From NCBI GenBank assembly GCA_043805855.1, contig JAZDHP010000012.1, forward strand, positions 1 to 27,825: a stretch of 27,825 bases of DNA. The letters run 5' to 3'. The DNA comes from Candidatus Micrarchaeota archaeon. Lineage in GTDB: Archaea > Micrarchaeota > Micrarchaeia > Norongarragalinales > UBA8480. The notes beneath the pieces are model-generated. The model saw only the letters and a program-made list of their open reading frames with translations, was not told where the DNA came from and searched no databases. The position numbers and the translations under genes were made by a program. Positions 1-7,878 of the stretch are shown here, one piece after another. Each line of letters starts with the position of its first letter. Positions within the stretch are counted from its first letter, which is position 1.

Positions 1-1518
1 GACTTTATACAAACAATGAAATTCAAACCACTAGAAGTCGAATCTACAAACTACGCTAATGACTTCTCGTGTTCAAACACGCAGCAACTCTGTGGAAAGC
101 TCTCAATCGGCGGAGGCCAATGCGTGAGAAACTGCGGAGACGGATGGTACTACGACGCGCTAGTTGGCACTAAAACTGGAACGCTTTGCGACGGTAAAAC
201 TGACGTAAAGGTACAAGCTACTTATGACGATCATGATCGGTGGGGATACATGGGTGGTGTTCTTTTAAAAACAGCTGAAAATGCAGCATCTTGCGTTACA
301 GCTGAGACTGTTGGAATTGGCGCTGGCTGTAAAGTTGGACGCGCTTGGGGTCCACTTGGAGCTGCAATAGGTTCTGGAGTTGGAGCATTTGTAGCTGGCG
401 CAGCTGCAGATAGAGCCTTTGACGCGGTTAATTCTGATAGTATAAAAGAATCTTTTGCAACTAACATGGGGCAATTGCCTTCATTCATTAAAAATTGGCA
501 AACCATTTGCGGCTACGCTGCAACTGTAGAAAAAGCATATTCAGTTTACCAAACATATCAAGTGTATATGGCTGCTAGTGGCGAGCCTGAATGGAAAATT
601 CAATACCAGCAAGCAGGGTCAAACTGCTTATGTTTATCGCCAGTACCTGGACAAGCGTTTTCAGGCACAAGCGGTTGGGGCAAAGCAGGTGGCTTTAGCA
701 GTTGCGTCTTGAAATCAATGTTCTTAACTGCGTTCTCTTCAACAACACAAACCCAAAGCCTCATGAAAGAAAACATTCAAAGTTATAATGATAAGAAAAA
801 AGCAGCGGAAGATGCTAGTACGCTTGTAAGAAGGAAAGATGCTGAACGTAGTGCGGCAGTAAGTGCTGTTGGCTTTGATTCAGCTCCGGTTGGTAGTCCA
901 GAGCATACTGCTAAAGTGGCCGCGGCAGATGAGGCTATAATTGCATCTCAACATGCTGGCGACTACCTTGCAGAAACTTCTAAAGATGAACAACTAGCTC
1001 GTTCTGAAATGTGTGGAGGCATGAGCTCAATAGATTGCGGTACGTTATTAGAGGGTACTAACGAGAAGCTTGACACGTTAGCTGATGTGGATGCGTGGTT
1101 CGACGCTCTTTGCAGTTATCCGTTCATCGTGCTCGGTGCAAACCAGTTCTTTGGTGGAGCAATCTACCAACCGCCAGCGCGTATGCACCTAGCGGTTTTA
1201 AATTCAGAAGAGAAGAAAGACACGTTCCTAGAAGGAGTTGGCGGCTGGGTGACTGACGACGATAGCAGTGCAGTTGACTGTACGGACAGTTCACTAACGC
1301 CGTCTAGTGGTAAAGACTACACTTGGCAAGACTGGGACATGACCAGCTTAAGGGCGTACCCTGGAGAAACTCGCGAATGTATGGACTACCCCGTTGTAAG
1401 AGCGTACACACCTAACCCTGATGAAATTGGTTTCACTGAAGATGCGGGTGTAATTAAAGACGGTAAAGCCGATAGACTAGTCGCAACCTTCTACATAACC
1501 TCGGAAGACCACGGCTGA
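1..1518 (+). CDS. C-terminal part of a large Cys-rich, glycine-zipper-containing hypothetical protein (probably extracellular/surface); likely 5'-truncated by the window edge
   Basis: Frame is open from base 1 (gac ttt ata caa aca atg), so the ATG at 16 may be internal. Many Cys; GIGAGCKVGRAWGPLGAAIGSGVGAFVAG glycine zipper; Ala-rich helical segment. Confidence 0.6.
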   Translation, partial: DFIQTMKFKPLEVESTNYANDFSCSNTQQLCGKLSIGGGQCVRNCGDGWYYDALVGTKTGTLCDGKTDVKVQATYDDHDRWGYMGGVLLKTAENAASCVTAETVGIGAGCKVGRAWGPLGAAIGSGVGAFVAGAAADRAFDAVNSDSIKESFATNMGQLPSFIKNWQTICGYAATVEKAYSVYQTYQVYMAASGEPEWKIQYQQAGSNCLCLSPVPGQAFSGTSGWGKAGGFSSCVLKSMFLTAFSSTTQTQSLMKENIQSYNDKKKAAEDASTLVRRKDAERSAAVSAVGFDSAPVGSPEHTAKVAAADEAIIASQHAGDYLAETSKDEQLARSEMCGGMSSIDCGTLLEGTNEKLDTLADVDAWFDALCSYPFIVLGANQFFGGAIYQPPARMHLAVLNSEEKKDTFLEGVGGWVTDDDSSAVDCTDSSLTPSSGKDYTWQDWDMTSLRAYPGETRECMDYPVVRAYTPNPDEIGFTEDAGVIKDGKADRLVATFYITSEDHG

Positions 1519-1528
1519 GGTTCCCTTT
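1492..1528 (+). repeat. Junction repeat copy 1 (ORF1 3' end + stop + GGTTCCCTTT)
   Basis: tacataacctcggaagaccacggctgaggttcccttt; 28/37 identical to 2891-2927; 14-nt core ctgaggttcccttt identical to 4432-4445. Confidence 0.75.
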
Positions 1529-1563
1529 CTTTTTTTTAATATTTTTTTAATTTCTTTCTTTTT
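1526..1563 (+). terminator. Oligo-T archaeal terminator-like tract
   Basis: Several T runs directly after the ORF1 stop. Confidence 0.55.
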
Positions 1564-1576
1564 CAACGTTCTTAGC

Positions 1577-1650
1577 AAAAGCTTTAAATAGTTAATGTTA
1601 TCAATGATTAACATTAAAACAGATTTATTGATGATTGCTATGAACATTAA
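1577..1650 (+). promoter_or_regulatory. BRE/TATA promoter followed by paired inverted repeats (candidate operators)
   Basis: aaaagc-tttaaata (TATA 1583-1590); ttaatgtta-N8-taacattaa (1592-1617); degenerate copy ttattgat-N10-aacattaa (1625-1650). Confidence 0.55.
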
Positions 1651-2917
1651 TGTTAAAGCCGCGTTGTTTGATTATAACCCTTTTTGGACGGGTAGTTTTG
1701 AATTTCCTTATAGGGAGAGGACAATTTACTCTACTTTAGCTCCTTTTATAAAAGAAAAGCAAATTGTTTCCCTTTGTGGCTTACGGAGAGTTGGCAAAAC
1801 TACTATTTTAAAAAAAATAATTTCTAATTTAATAAAAGACAACGTTAATCCAACTGACATTTTATATTTTTCTTTTGATGATTTTCCTTCAAGTGAACCG
1901 AGAGAGGTAATTGACGTTTTTAGGGAAATTCACGGAAAAGAACCTAAATTTGTTTTTTTTGATGAAGTACAAAAAGTTAACAATTGGGCTGGAAAGATAA
2001 AGATACTTTATGATGTTAAAGGGTACAAGATTTTCGTTTCTGGTTCTGAATCTTTGTTCCTTCGCAAAGGTGCAGGAGAAAATTTAGCGGGGCGTATATT
2101 TGAATTTGAAGTACGGCAGCTATCCTTTTACGAATACTTGCATTTTATCGAAAAGGGCAGTTGGTTAGCTAATATGAAGTTGTTTGAACGAGAGTTAACC
2201 GCCGCTCTTAATGATTACTTGTTAATTTCGGGGTTTCCAGAGTTAATAGGCAAAAAAGACGAAGTGTTTATCCGTCAATATCTGCGCTCACTACTTGAAA
2301 AAGTAATTTTTTCTGATATGCCTGCGCTTTATTCTATTGATGAGCCGAAAAATCTAGTCAATATGCTAGACGTGTTAATAGATCGTCCCGGGATGCTAGT
2401 TGACTTTGTTTCACTTTCCCAAGAATTGGGTATATCACGTCAAACTCTTTCCAAGTATTTTGAGTTCCTCGAAGCCGCGCATCTTATTATTAAGGTTTAT
2501 AACTATTCGGCCAATAGGTTAACTTCGGAAAAGAAACTGAAAAAGTTTTACCCCGTTTTTTTGAGTTCCGCACTGTCGCATTCTAGTAATGAAAATTATT
2601 TATCAAAAGTAGTGGAGGCTGTTTGTGTTATTAGTAGCGGAGCAAAGTTCTTCTGGCGTGACGTTTATAAAAATGAAGTTGACATTATTCTCTTGCAAAA
2701 CAATAAGATTTTGCCGGTGGAAATTAAGTATAGCTCGCATCCAGAGCCAAAGAGGGGGCTTCAAAGATTTTGCAAAAAATACGCGTGCAAGCGAGCTTTA
2801 GTTGTGACAAAAAACACTAGGAAAACTGAAAAAACTTACGCTGAAGTAAAATGGATTCCTGTTTTTGAATTTCTGCTAAATCCAATGAGTTACATTATCC
2901 CAGAAAATCACAACTGA
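1640..2917 (+). CDS. AAA+ ATPase (AAA_14) with wHTH and DUF4143/PD-(D/E)xK-like C-terminal domain
   Basis: NPFW N-terminal motif, Walker A GLRRVGKTT, Walker B FFDEVQ, SGS, LAGR, GFP, EVDII..PVEIK. Start moved from 1595 to ATG 1640 (1631 also possible) because 1595 is too close to the TATA box. Confidence 0.9.
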   Translation: MNINVKAALFDYNPFWTGSFEFPYRERTIYSTLAPFIKEKQIVSLCGLRRVGKTTILKKIISNLIKDNVNPTDILYFSFDDFPSSEPREVIDVFREIHGKEPKFVFFDEVQKVNNWAGKIKILYDVKGYKIFVSGSESLFLRKGAGENLAGRIFEFEVRQLSFYEYLHFIEKGSWLANMKLFERELTAALNDYLLISGFPELIGKKDEVFIRQYLRSLLEKVIFSDMPALYSIDEPKNLVNMLDVLIDRPGMLVDFVSLSQELGISRQTLSKYFEFLEAAHLIIKVYNYSANRLTSEKKLKKFYPVFLSSALSHSSNENYLSKVVEAVCVISSGAKFFWRDVYKNEVDIILLQNNKILPVEIKYSSHPEPKRGLQRFCKKYACKRALVVTKNTRKTEKTYAEVKWIPVFEFLLNPMSYIIPENHN

Positions 2918-2927
2918 GGTTCTCTTT
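2891..2927 (+). repeat. Junction repeat copy 2
   Basis: tacattatcccagaaaatcacaactgaggttctcttt; encodes YIIPENHN* versus YITSEDHG* at the ORF1 end. Confidence 0.75.
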
Positions 2928-3008
2928 TTGTTTTCTTTCTTTTTTGATTTTTTCTAATTTCTTTTAATCTTTTTTTAATCCGTCTTTTAATTTTTAAGCT
3001 AATTGGTG

Positions 3009-3068
3009 TATTCCAGTTACTGGAATATAAAAGGCTATTTTTGTTCCAGTTACCGGAACGTTTATAAG
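3009..3068 (+). promoter_or_regulatory. Two palindromic operator-like sites plus TATA box
   Basis: tattccagt-t-actggaata (3009-3027, perfect 9-bp arms); gttccagt-t-accggaac (3043-3059, one mismatch); TATA tttataag 3061-3068, 23 nt before ATG 3092. Confidence 0.7.
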
Positions 3069-3091
3069 TGTGTTTCTTTACTTATTTTGAC

Positions 3092-4402
3092 ATGGAAGAT
3101 GAAGATTTAATCAAGGAATTAATAAGCCAAAACCCCTGGTGGAATACTGGCAAAGTAGAGCTTGAAAAAAACGTTGTTCAGCACAGTGTGTTTCCCATTA
3201 TTGAAGGTCAACTTCAAGAAAAACAAGTGCTAGCACTTGTTGGACTAAGGTCAGTTGGCAAAACAACTCTTTTAAGACAATTAATCCAAAAACGCTTAGA
3301 AACTGGAACAAAACCAAGTCATTTATTTTACTTTTCTTTTGACGGTTTCAAAAAACAAAGCGAAGTAATAAGCAAAGCACTAGCTCTTTATTCTAGTTCT
3401 ATTTTAAAACTACCTTTAGCGGAAATTGATTCAACGGTTTACGTGTTTTTGGACGAAGTGCAAAAAATTCCGGATTGGAGCGAAGAAGTAAAACGTTTTT
3501 ACGACAAAAATTTGAAACTCAAATTCATTGTTTCAGGTTCTTCCAGTATGAATATACTTAAGGGAAGTGGTGAAAGTCTAGTTGGGAGAATAATTATTAA
3601 CAAAATTTACCCATTTTCGTTCAGGGAATTTTTAAAGTACAATGGCTTAGAAGTTAAACAGCAAAACCCCTGGAATTTTGAATATCCGTTAAGCGCCGAC
3701 AAAATAAGCATTTTATTCAACCAATATTTGACAAAAGGCGGCTTTCCTGTTTTGTATCCGGTAAAAGAAGACGCACGTAAAGCACTTCTCAAGAGTATGG
3801 TTGACTTAACGTTCTATAGGGACATTGTAAACGTTTTTGACATAAAACGGTCGGACGTTTTAGAGGGGCTTTTTAGCATATTTGTACGTGAATCTGGAAA
3901 TGTTGTCAATTATGCTAATTTATCCGGAGCTTTGCAAGCGAAATTTGAAACAATTAAGCAGTATGTAGACTATCTGGAAGCTTCATTTTTAATTTCAAAA
4001 ACTCGATTTTATTCAAACAGTGTTTCAAAAACCCGGCAAAAAAATGAAAAGCTGTACGTTGCAGACCATGCGTTTAGCATGTTACAAGAAACTAAGTCAG
4101 GGAATTTAGTTGAAACAATTGTGCATAATGCTTTGAGAACTACTGGCTTTGAATTATTTTACTGGCAAAGTGACAAACAACGAGAAGTTGATATAGTTAT
4201 GACTAGCAAAAGTATAGTTCCGATAGAAGTTAAATATCAATCAAAAATTGCAGCAGAAGATTTTAAAAATCTACTTGAATTCATGGACGAATTTTCTGTA
4301 AAAAAAGGCGTGTTGGTAACAAAGAACCTTTTTGAAGTAAAAAAGCAAAAGGGTAAAGAGATTCACTGTGTTCCCGCTTGGTTATTTCTCTTGTCCATTT
4401 AA
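3092..4402 (+). CDS. AAA+ ATPase (AAA_14) with wHTH and DUF4143/PD-(D/E)xK-like C-terminal domain
   Basis: QNPWW, Walker A GLRSVGKTT, Walker B FLDEVQ, SGSS, ESLVGR, GGFP, EVDIV..PIEVK. ATG 3092 preferred over GTG 3068, which overlaps the TATA box. Confidence 0.9.
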   Translation: MEDEDLIKELISQNPWWNTGKVELEKNVVQHSVFPIIEGQLQEKQVLALVGLRSVGKTTLLRQLIQKRLETGTKPSHLFYFSFDGFKKQSEVISKALALYSSSILKLPLAEIDSTVYVFLDEVQKIPDWSEEVKRFYDKNLKLKFIVSGSSSMNILKGSGESLVGRIIINKIYPFSFREFLKYNGLEVKQQNPWNFEYPLSADKISILFNQYLTKGGFPVLYPVKEDARKALLKSMVDLTFYRDIVNVFDIKRSDVLEGLFSIFVRESGNVVNYANLSGALQAKFETIKQYVDYLEASFLISKTRFYSNSVSKTRQKNEKLYVADHAFSMLQETKSGNLVETIVHNALRTTGFELFYWQSDKQREVDIVMTSKSIVPIEVKYQSKIAAEDFKNLLEFMDEFSVKKGVLVTKNLFEVKKQKGKEIHCVPAWLFLLSI

Positions 4403-4417
4403 AAATAAAGAAAATTT

Positions 4418-4445
4418 ACTTCAGAACAGCACTGAGGTTCCCTTT
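4418..4445 (+). repeat. Junction repeat copy 3 (non-coding)
   Basis: acttcagaacagcactgaggttcccttt; reads T-S-E-Q-H-stop, like ORF1 T-S-E-D-H-G-stop; followed by a T tract. Confidence 0.7.
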
Positions 4446-4652
4446 TCTTTCTTTTTGTTTTCTTTTCTCTTTTTTCTTCTTTTTATGCCGGCGTTAGTCT
4501 TCTTTTGAGGGCTAATTTCTTCAACATTCGTTCTATAATGAGGGCGAAAGTATTGTTGATTAGACTCATAAGCATTAGGTTTATGAGTATATTTCTTGAC
4601 TTTAGTAGATAACTGAATCAGATATTCTAGTTAGAGTATAGTTGACCATTTT

Positions 4653-4671
4653 CATTCCAGTAACTGGAATG
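4653..4671. promoter_or_regulatory. Third copy of the TTCCAGT(W)ACTGGAA palindrome, with no adjacent gene start
   Basis: cattccagt-a-actggaatg, perfect 9-bp arms. Confidence 0.6.
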
Positions 4672-4815
4672 TTTATTTTTTTTTTCTAAATATTCATTTT
4701 ATAGGGAAACAATAGTTCATGTTACTTACAATTACCGTTAAATCGATTTCAAGGTCATTGCAATGGCCGTGGATTTAGGTAGTTTGTTTTGAAAATTCGC
4801 GTTTCTTGTTCTTGC

Positions 4816-5493
4816 TTAAAGCAGTTTTCTAAACGCTTCTACGTGTTTAATGTAAGTTTTGTTATCTACGAAGCCGTATACTCCTTCGAGGTTTTTCTTA
4901 AAGTCACTTGAGAGAATGGTAACCGCAGCGCGTTTCAACGCTTTTTCCAAGTTAGTGCGCTTTTCAACTTCTCGCTTTACAAATTCCATATTCTTAACTA
5001 GTGGCAACAGCATAAAGACATCGCGCACGTCGGTTTTACGGCAAGCAACTAACTTCAAAACTACCAACGCGTCAAGGTCTATAATTCTAGTTGTAATTGT
5101 TTCTGGAAATGTTTTACCCTTTAAAGATTTTACAGAAGAATTGTTGAAAATCCATTCGGCTGAAAAACTAGCGTTTGTTCGCCGGTCAAGCACTTCGTCA
5201 ATGAGAATGTCAAAACTAGCGCTGAAGTTTGGCTCAATTTCGTGTTCAAGCCGTTCAAATTTTGAATAATTTCCGCTAGCGTTATTTGCAACTGCAGTAT
5301 ATTGGCGTTTTTTTAATGTGCTTTCTGCTTGCTCAGCAGCTTTCTTTGTCTTTACTACTAAATCGCAGTCAACCGAAAACCTTGGCAGTGTATAGGTGTT
5401 TACTGCGTAGCCGCCGATAACTACAAATTCAATGTTGGTAAGTTCTTTAAGCGCTTCAAAAATCTCCTTCTCACGAATTGAAAAATTGTTCAC
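4816..5493 (-). CDS. Nucleotidyltransferase, AbiEii/DUF6036-like putative type IV TA toxin
   Basis: VVIGGYAV..RFSVDCDL (pol-beta-like GG/DxD), LKLVACRKTDVRD (K..R.KD.D-like motif). Confidence 0.75.
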   Translation of the reverse strand: MNNFSIREKEIFEALKELTNIEFVVIGGYAVNTYTLPRFSVDCDLVVKTKKAAEQAESTLKKRQYTAVANNASGNYSKFERLEHEIEPNFSASFDILIDEVLDRRTNASFSAEWIFNNSSVKSLKGKTFPETITTRIIDLDALVVLKLVACRKTDVRDVFMLLPLVKNMEFVKREVEKRTNLEKALKRAAVTILSSDFKKNLEGVYGFVDNKTYIKHVEAFRKLL

Positions 5494-5494
5494 G

Positions 5495-6091
5495 TTAAAA
5501 ATCTCCTTTGTATTTTTTCTTTATGTACCCAAAAGCGTAGGTGTATAAATAATTTGCACTTGCGGTTTTTACAGTTTCTTTTAATGGTTCAACTTTAAAA
5601 CCGTCTTTTTCAATGAAATTTAACTTAGCTACTGGCTGTAAAATAACGAATTCCCCAATTGTGCTTCCCTTCAATACATAATTTGTAATGCTGGCGGCGT
5701 TCAAGTATCGCTGCCATTTTTTCACGTCGCGCTTCAAAACTTTTATAAAATACGGCGATCGTTCAATGCCACGCTGAACGTAGCTGTAATCGCTCCATAA
5801 TTCCACTGCGCTTAATCCAGTCATTGCATATGACATTGTCGCTTTTTTTAACGCTTCTGGAACTCGAAATTCTAATATACCTTTTACTGCGTTTTCCGGA
5901 GATGTGCATTTGTATTCAGTTTTACTAATTTTTGAAATCCACCCTGAGTTTAATAACAATGCAAAAATTTTCTTGCGCATAGGTTCGGAAACAATCCAGT
6001 CTAATTCACTTTGTTTAAAAGCTTCGCTAATTCCATGACGGCTGAAGAACAACGCATACGCGCGCATGCCAAAAGCAGGCAATTCAATCAT
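5495..6091 (-). CDS. Putative AbiEi-like antitoxin (wHTH + C-terminal domain)
   Basis: N-terminal wHTH-like segment (LLNSGWISKISKTEY), AMTGLSAVELW motif; 1 nt from the downstream NTase gene. Confidence 0.55.
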   Translation of the reverse strand: MIELPAFGMRAYALFFSRHGISEAFKQSELDWIVSEPMRKKIFALLLNSGWISKISKTEYKCTSPENAVKGILEFRVPEALKKATMSYAMTGLSAVELWSDYSYVQRGIERSPYFIKVLKRDVKKWQRYLNAASITNYVLKGSTIGEFVILQPVAKLNFIEKDGFKVEPLKETVKTASANYLYTYAFGYIKKKYKGDF

Positions 6092-6125
6092 AGTTACTTA
6101 ATAGGTAACTGAGCATATTTAATCT
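6092..6125 (-). promoter_or_regulatory. TATA box and inverted repeat directly upstream of the start codon
   Basis: agttac-N7-gtaact (6092-6110); minus-strand ttaaatat about 25 nt upstream of the ATG. Confidence 0.45.
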
Positions 6126-6163
6126 TATTGTTTAGTTTAAGCTATCTGAAGTAAATTAGTTTT

Positions 6164-6925
6164 CTAGGGGAATGAATTGTTTTTGCTCCATTGTATTAAG
6201 GTTTTTTCCACGATTTTAAATTCCGGCAGTTCTGCAAATATGAGCCCGGATAGTTCTTTTTTCCAAGCTTGTTGTTTTTCAGTTATCTTTTTGTTAAATA
6301 GCGTTTGTGAAAATGCTATTTGGTAATATTCTAATTTTTTTGCTACTAATTCTTTTTTAAATTTAACTTGTTGTGAATTTATTAAAAAGTATAAATCGTA
6401 CACGTCGCGTGGTGCGTTACGGGTTAAAATTGCGCGGGTTTTTTCGGCAGCAATTTCGTCCAAGGTCATGCCGTTAATTATTTTCACAGGTAAGACGTAT
6501 GCATCTGCTTCGAGTTTGAGTGCAAGTGGCTTTTCAATAACTTGTTCTCGTTTGCTTATTTCAACATAAACGTGACATAAATCTTTTATAGATGTATTCA
6601 AGGGGCCTCGTGCGCTTATTCGAAAAGATAGAGAAACGTCACTGTTACATATTGGTTTAACTGTGTTTTCAACGCCAAATAATTTCAAGTTTTCAGAAAC
6701 ACGTTTTGCGAGGTCATCTTCTATAGGGCTAAGCATAGTGAAATCGAGATCTTCGGAAAAACGCGGCAAGTTGTAGTAAAACCAAAGGTAAGTGCCGCCT
6801 TTAAAAACAAGCGGGTAATCAGCTAGCGTTTCAAGTATTAAATTTTGCAAGTAGTGTTTTTCCTGTTGCCAAATGCGTAAGTTATTCAATTTAGCGATTT
6901 GTCCTAGTTTATCTTTGTCAATCAT
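6164..6925 (-). CDS. abiEii: AbiEii/AbiGii-family nucleotidyltransferase toxin (type IV TA)
   Basis: EKHYLQ, LVFKGGTYL, RFSEDLDF, AEKTRAILTRNAPRDVYDL are canonical AbiEii motifs. Confidence 0.92.
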   Translation of the reverse strand: MIDKDKLGQIAKLNNLRIWQQEKHYLQNLILETLADYPLVFKGGTYLWFYYNLPRFSEDLDFTMLSPIEDDLAKRVSENLKLFGVENTVKPICNSDVSLSFRISARGPLNTSIKDLCHVYVEISKREQVIEKPLALKLEADAYVLPVKIINGMTLDEIAAEKTRAILTRNAPRDVYDLYFLINSQQVKFKKELVAKKLEYYQIAFSQTLFNKKITEKQQAWKKELSGLIFAELPEFKIVEKTLIQWSKNNSFP

Positions 6926-7497
6926 AACAAGTACCTCTCAAGTTTTTTCTTTCCCTTGCCTTTAAATCGTTTCAAAAAATCGGTAACTTTTTTTAGGTCT
7001 ATCTTTTCGAGAATTTCCAAAGCATTGGGTTTATTCAGTGCATTTAGATAAATGGCGTCTATTAAAGCTTTTTCAGGCTCTGCTACTAAAATGTAGCTAT
7101 TTCCCTTTTTGTGTTTTTCATAACCGAAAAATAGTGAAGGGGGAATTTTGTGATATGTTATTCCTAACTTCGGAAAGCGGAAACTGTTTTTAGTTGTAAT
7201 GCACTCTACTTGTGTTGGAATTTGTTGAATAAGGCCGTGGAACAACAATGCGGAATTCAATGAAATATAACTTGGTTCAACCATTTGTGTTGCAATAATG
7301 TAGTCGTCGTCAGTAAAGGATATTCTACCGCGTAGCAATCTTTTTGCTAGCTTTTTTTTAACTAGACGACTAAAATATACTTTTGTGATCCTTTTTGGTT
7401 TTCCAATTAGATTAGCGAGTTGTTGAATAGAGTAGATCTCTCGTCCACTTTTCATGGCTTTGTCTCGAATTTCGTACAAATTAAGTTGTTTTGTCAT
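6922..7497 (-). CDS. abiEi: AbiEi-family antitoxin / transcriptional regulator
   Basis: N-terminal HTH; PSYISLNSALLFHGLIQQIP; AEPEKALIDAIY; ATGA overlap with abiEii. Confidence 0.88.
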   Translation of the reverse strand: MTKQLNLYEIRDKAMKSGREIYSIQQLANLIGKPKRITKVYFSRLVKKKLAKRLLRGRISFTDDDYIIATQMVEPSYISLNSALLFHGLIQQIPTQVECITTKNSFRFPKLGITYHKIPPSLFFGYEKHKKGNSYILVAEPEKALIDAIYLNALNKPNALEILEKIDLKKVTDFLKRFKGKGKKKLERYLL

Positions 7498-7501
7498 GTC
7501 C

Positions 7502-7540
7502 AGGTAACAATATGGTTACTTCCCAGTGATTTAAAAGGTT
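7502..7540 (-). promoter_or_regulatory. Imperfect palindrome and TATA box upstream of abiEi
   Basis: aggtaacaat/atggttactt (7502-7521, 8/10 paired); minus-strand cttttaaat around 7529-7537. Confidence 0.45.
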
Positions 7541-7577
7541 TTTGGCGCTTGTTGTTTTTGTTGTTTGTTTGGTTTTA

Positions 7578-7722
7578 TAGCAGAACGCGAAAGTCTTTCG
7601 GACTTCAGCATTTTGCCCTTAGCAAAATGTCTGAGTCACAAAGCGAAGCTTTGTGCTCATTTGCGCTTTCTGCTAGATAGCAAAAGGCCGAAAAGTCCCA
7701 AAAGACTTTTCGGTTTTGCTAT
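7578..7722. repeat. Structured cloverleaf element copy A plus adjacent hairpin (REP/MITE-like element or ncRNA)
   Basis: Outer stem tagcagaa/ttctgcta enclosing aagtc/gactt, cattttgc/gcaaaatg and cacaaagc/gctttgtg; second hairpin atagcaaaa..ccgaaaagtc/gacttttcgg..ttttgctat (7677-7722); homologous to 13573-13655. Confidence 0.7.
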
Positions 7723-7878
7723 AATGTCGTTTGTTATCATTTTTGATAATAAAGTGAGTAGTTTGTCTCTTTGTCTAATTTTTTCAGCGGTTTAAATTTT
7801 ATTTAGCGGTTAGTTTAAACTAATTAACGCATTTAACGAAATGCCACAATCTTTAAATAATGGTGATTTCTTACATTT

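Noticed and set aside
1492..2927. DGR template/variable repeat pair
   Set aside because: Differences are not confined to adenines, the repeat is short and no reverse transcriptase is in the window.
1492..4445. CRISPR array or integron attC sites
   Set aside because: Spacing is about 1.4-1.5 kb, there are no cas genes, and there is no RYYYAAC..GTTRRRY hairpin at the junctions.
4564..4572. 9-bp match (actcataag) to the reverse complement of cttatgagt upstream of the integrase (26314-26322)
   Set aside because: Too short to exceed chance in an AT-rich 28 kb window.
4420..4632. Minus-strand open frame as an ATPase pseudogene fragment (LEYLIQLSTKVKKYTHKP)
   Set aside because: No start codon, partly made of the T-tract antisense, and the similarity is too weak to support.
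7578..7675. tRNA, hammerhead ribozyme or C/D box sRNA
   Set aside because: No T-loop or anticodon geometry and no CUGAnGA/GAAA core; the AUGAG..CUGA ends enclose hairpins, not single-stranded guides.
7420..7795. ORFs 7420-7680 and 7565-7795
   Set aside because: They run through the palindromic element, have TTG starts and show no recognisable protein features.
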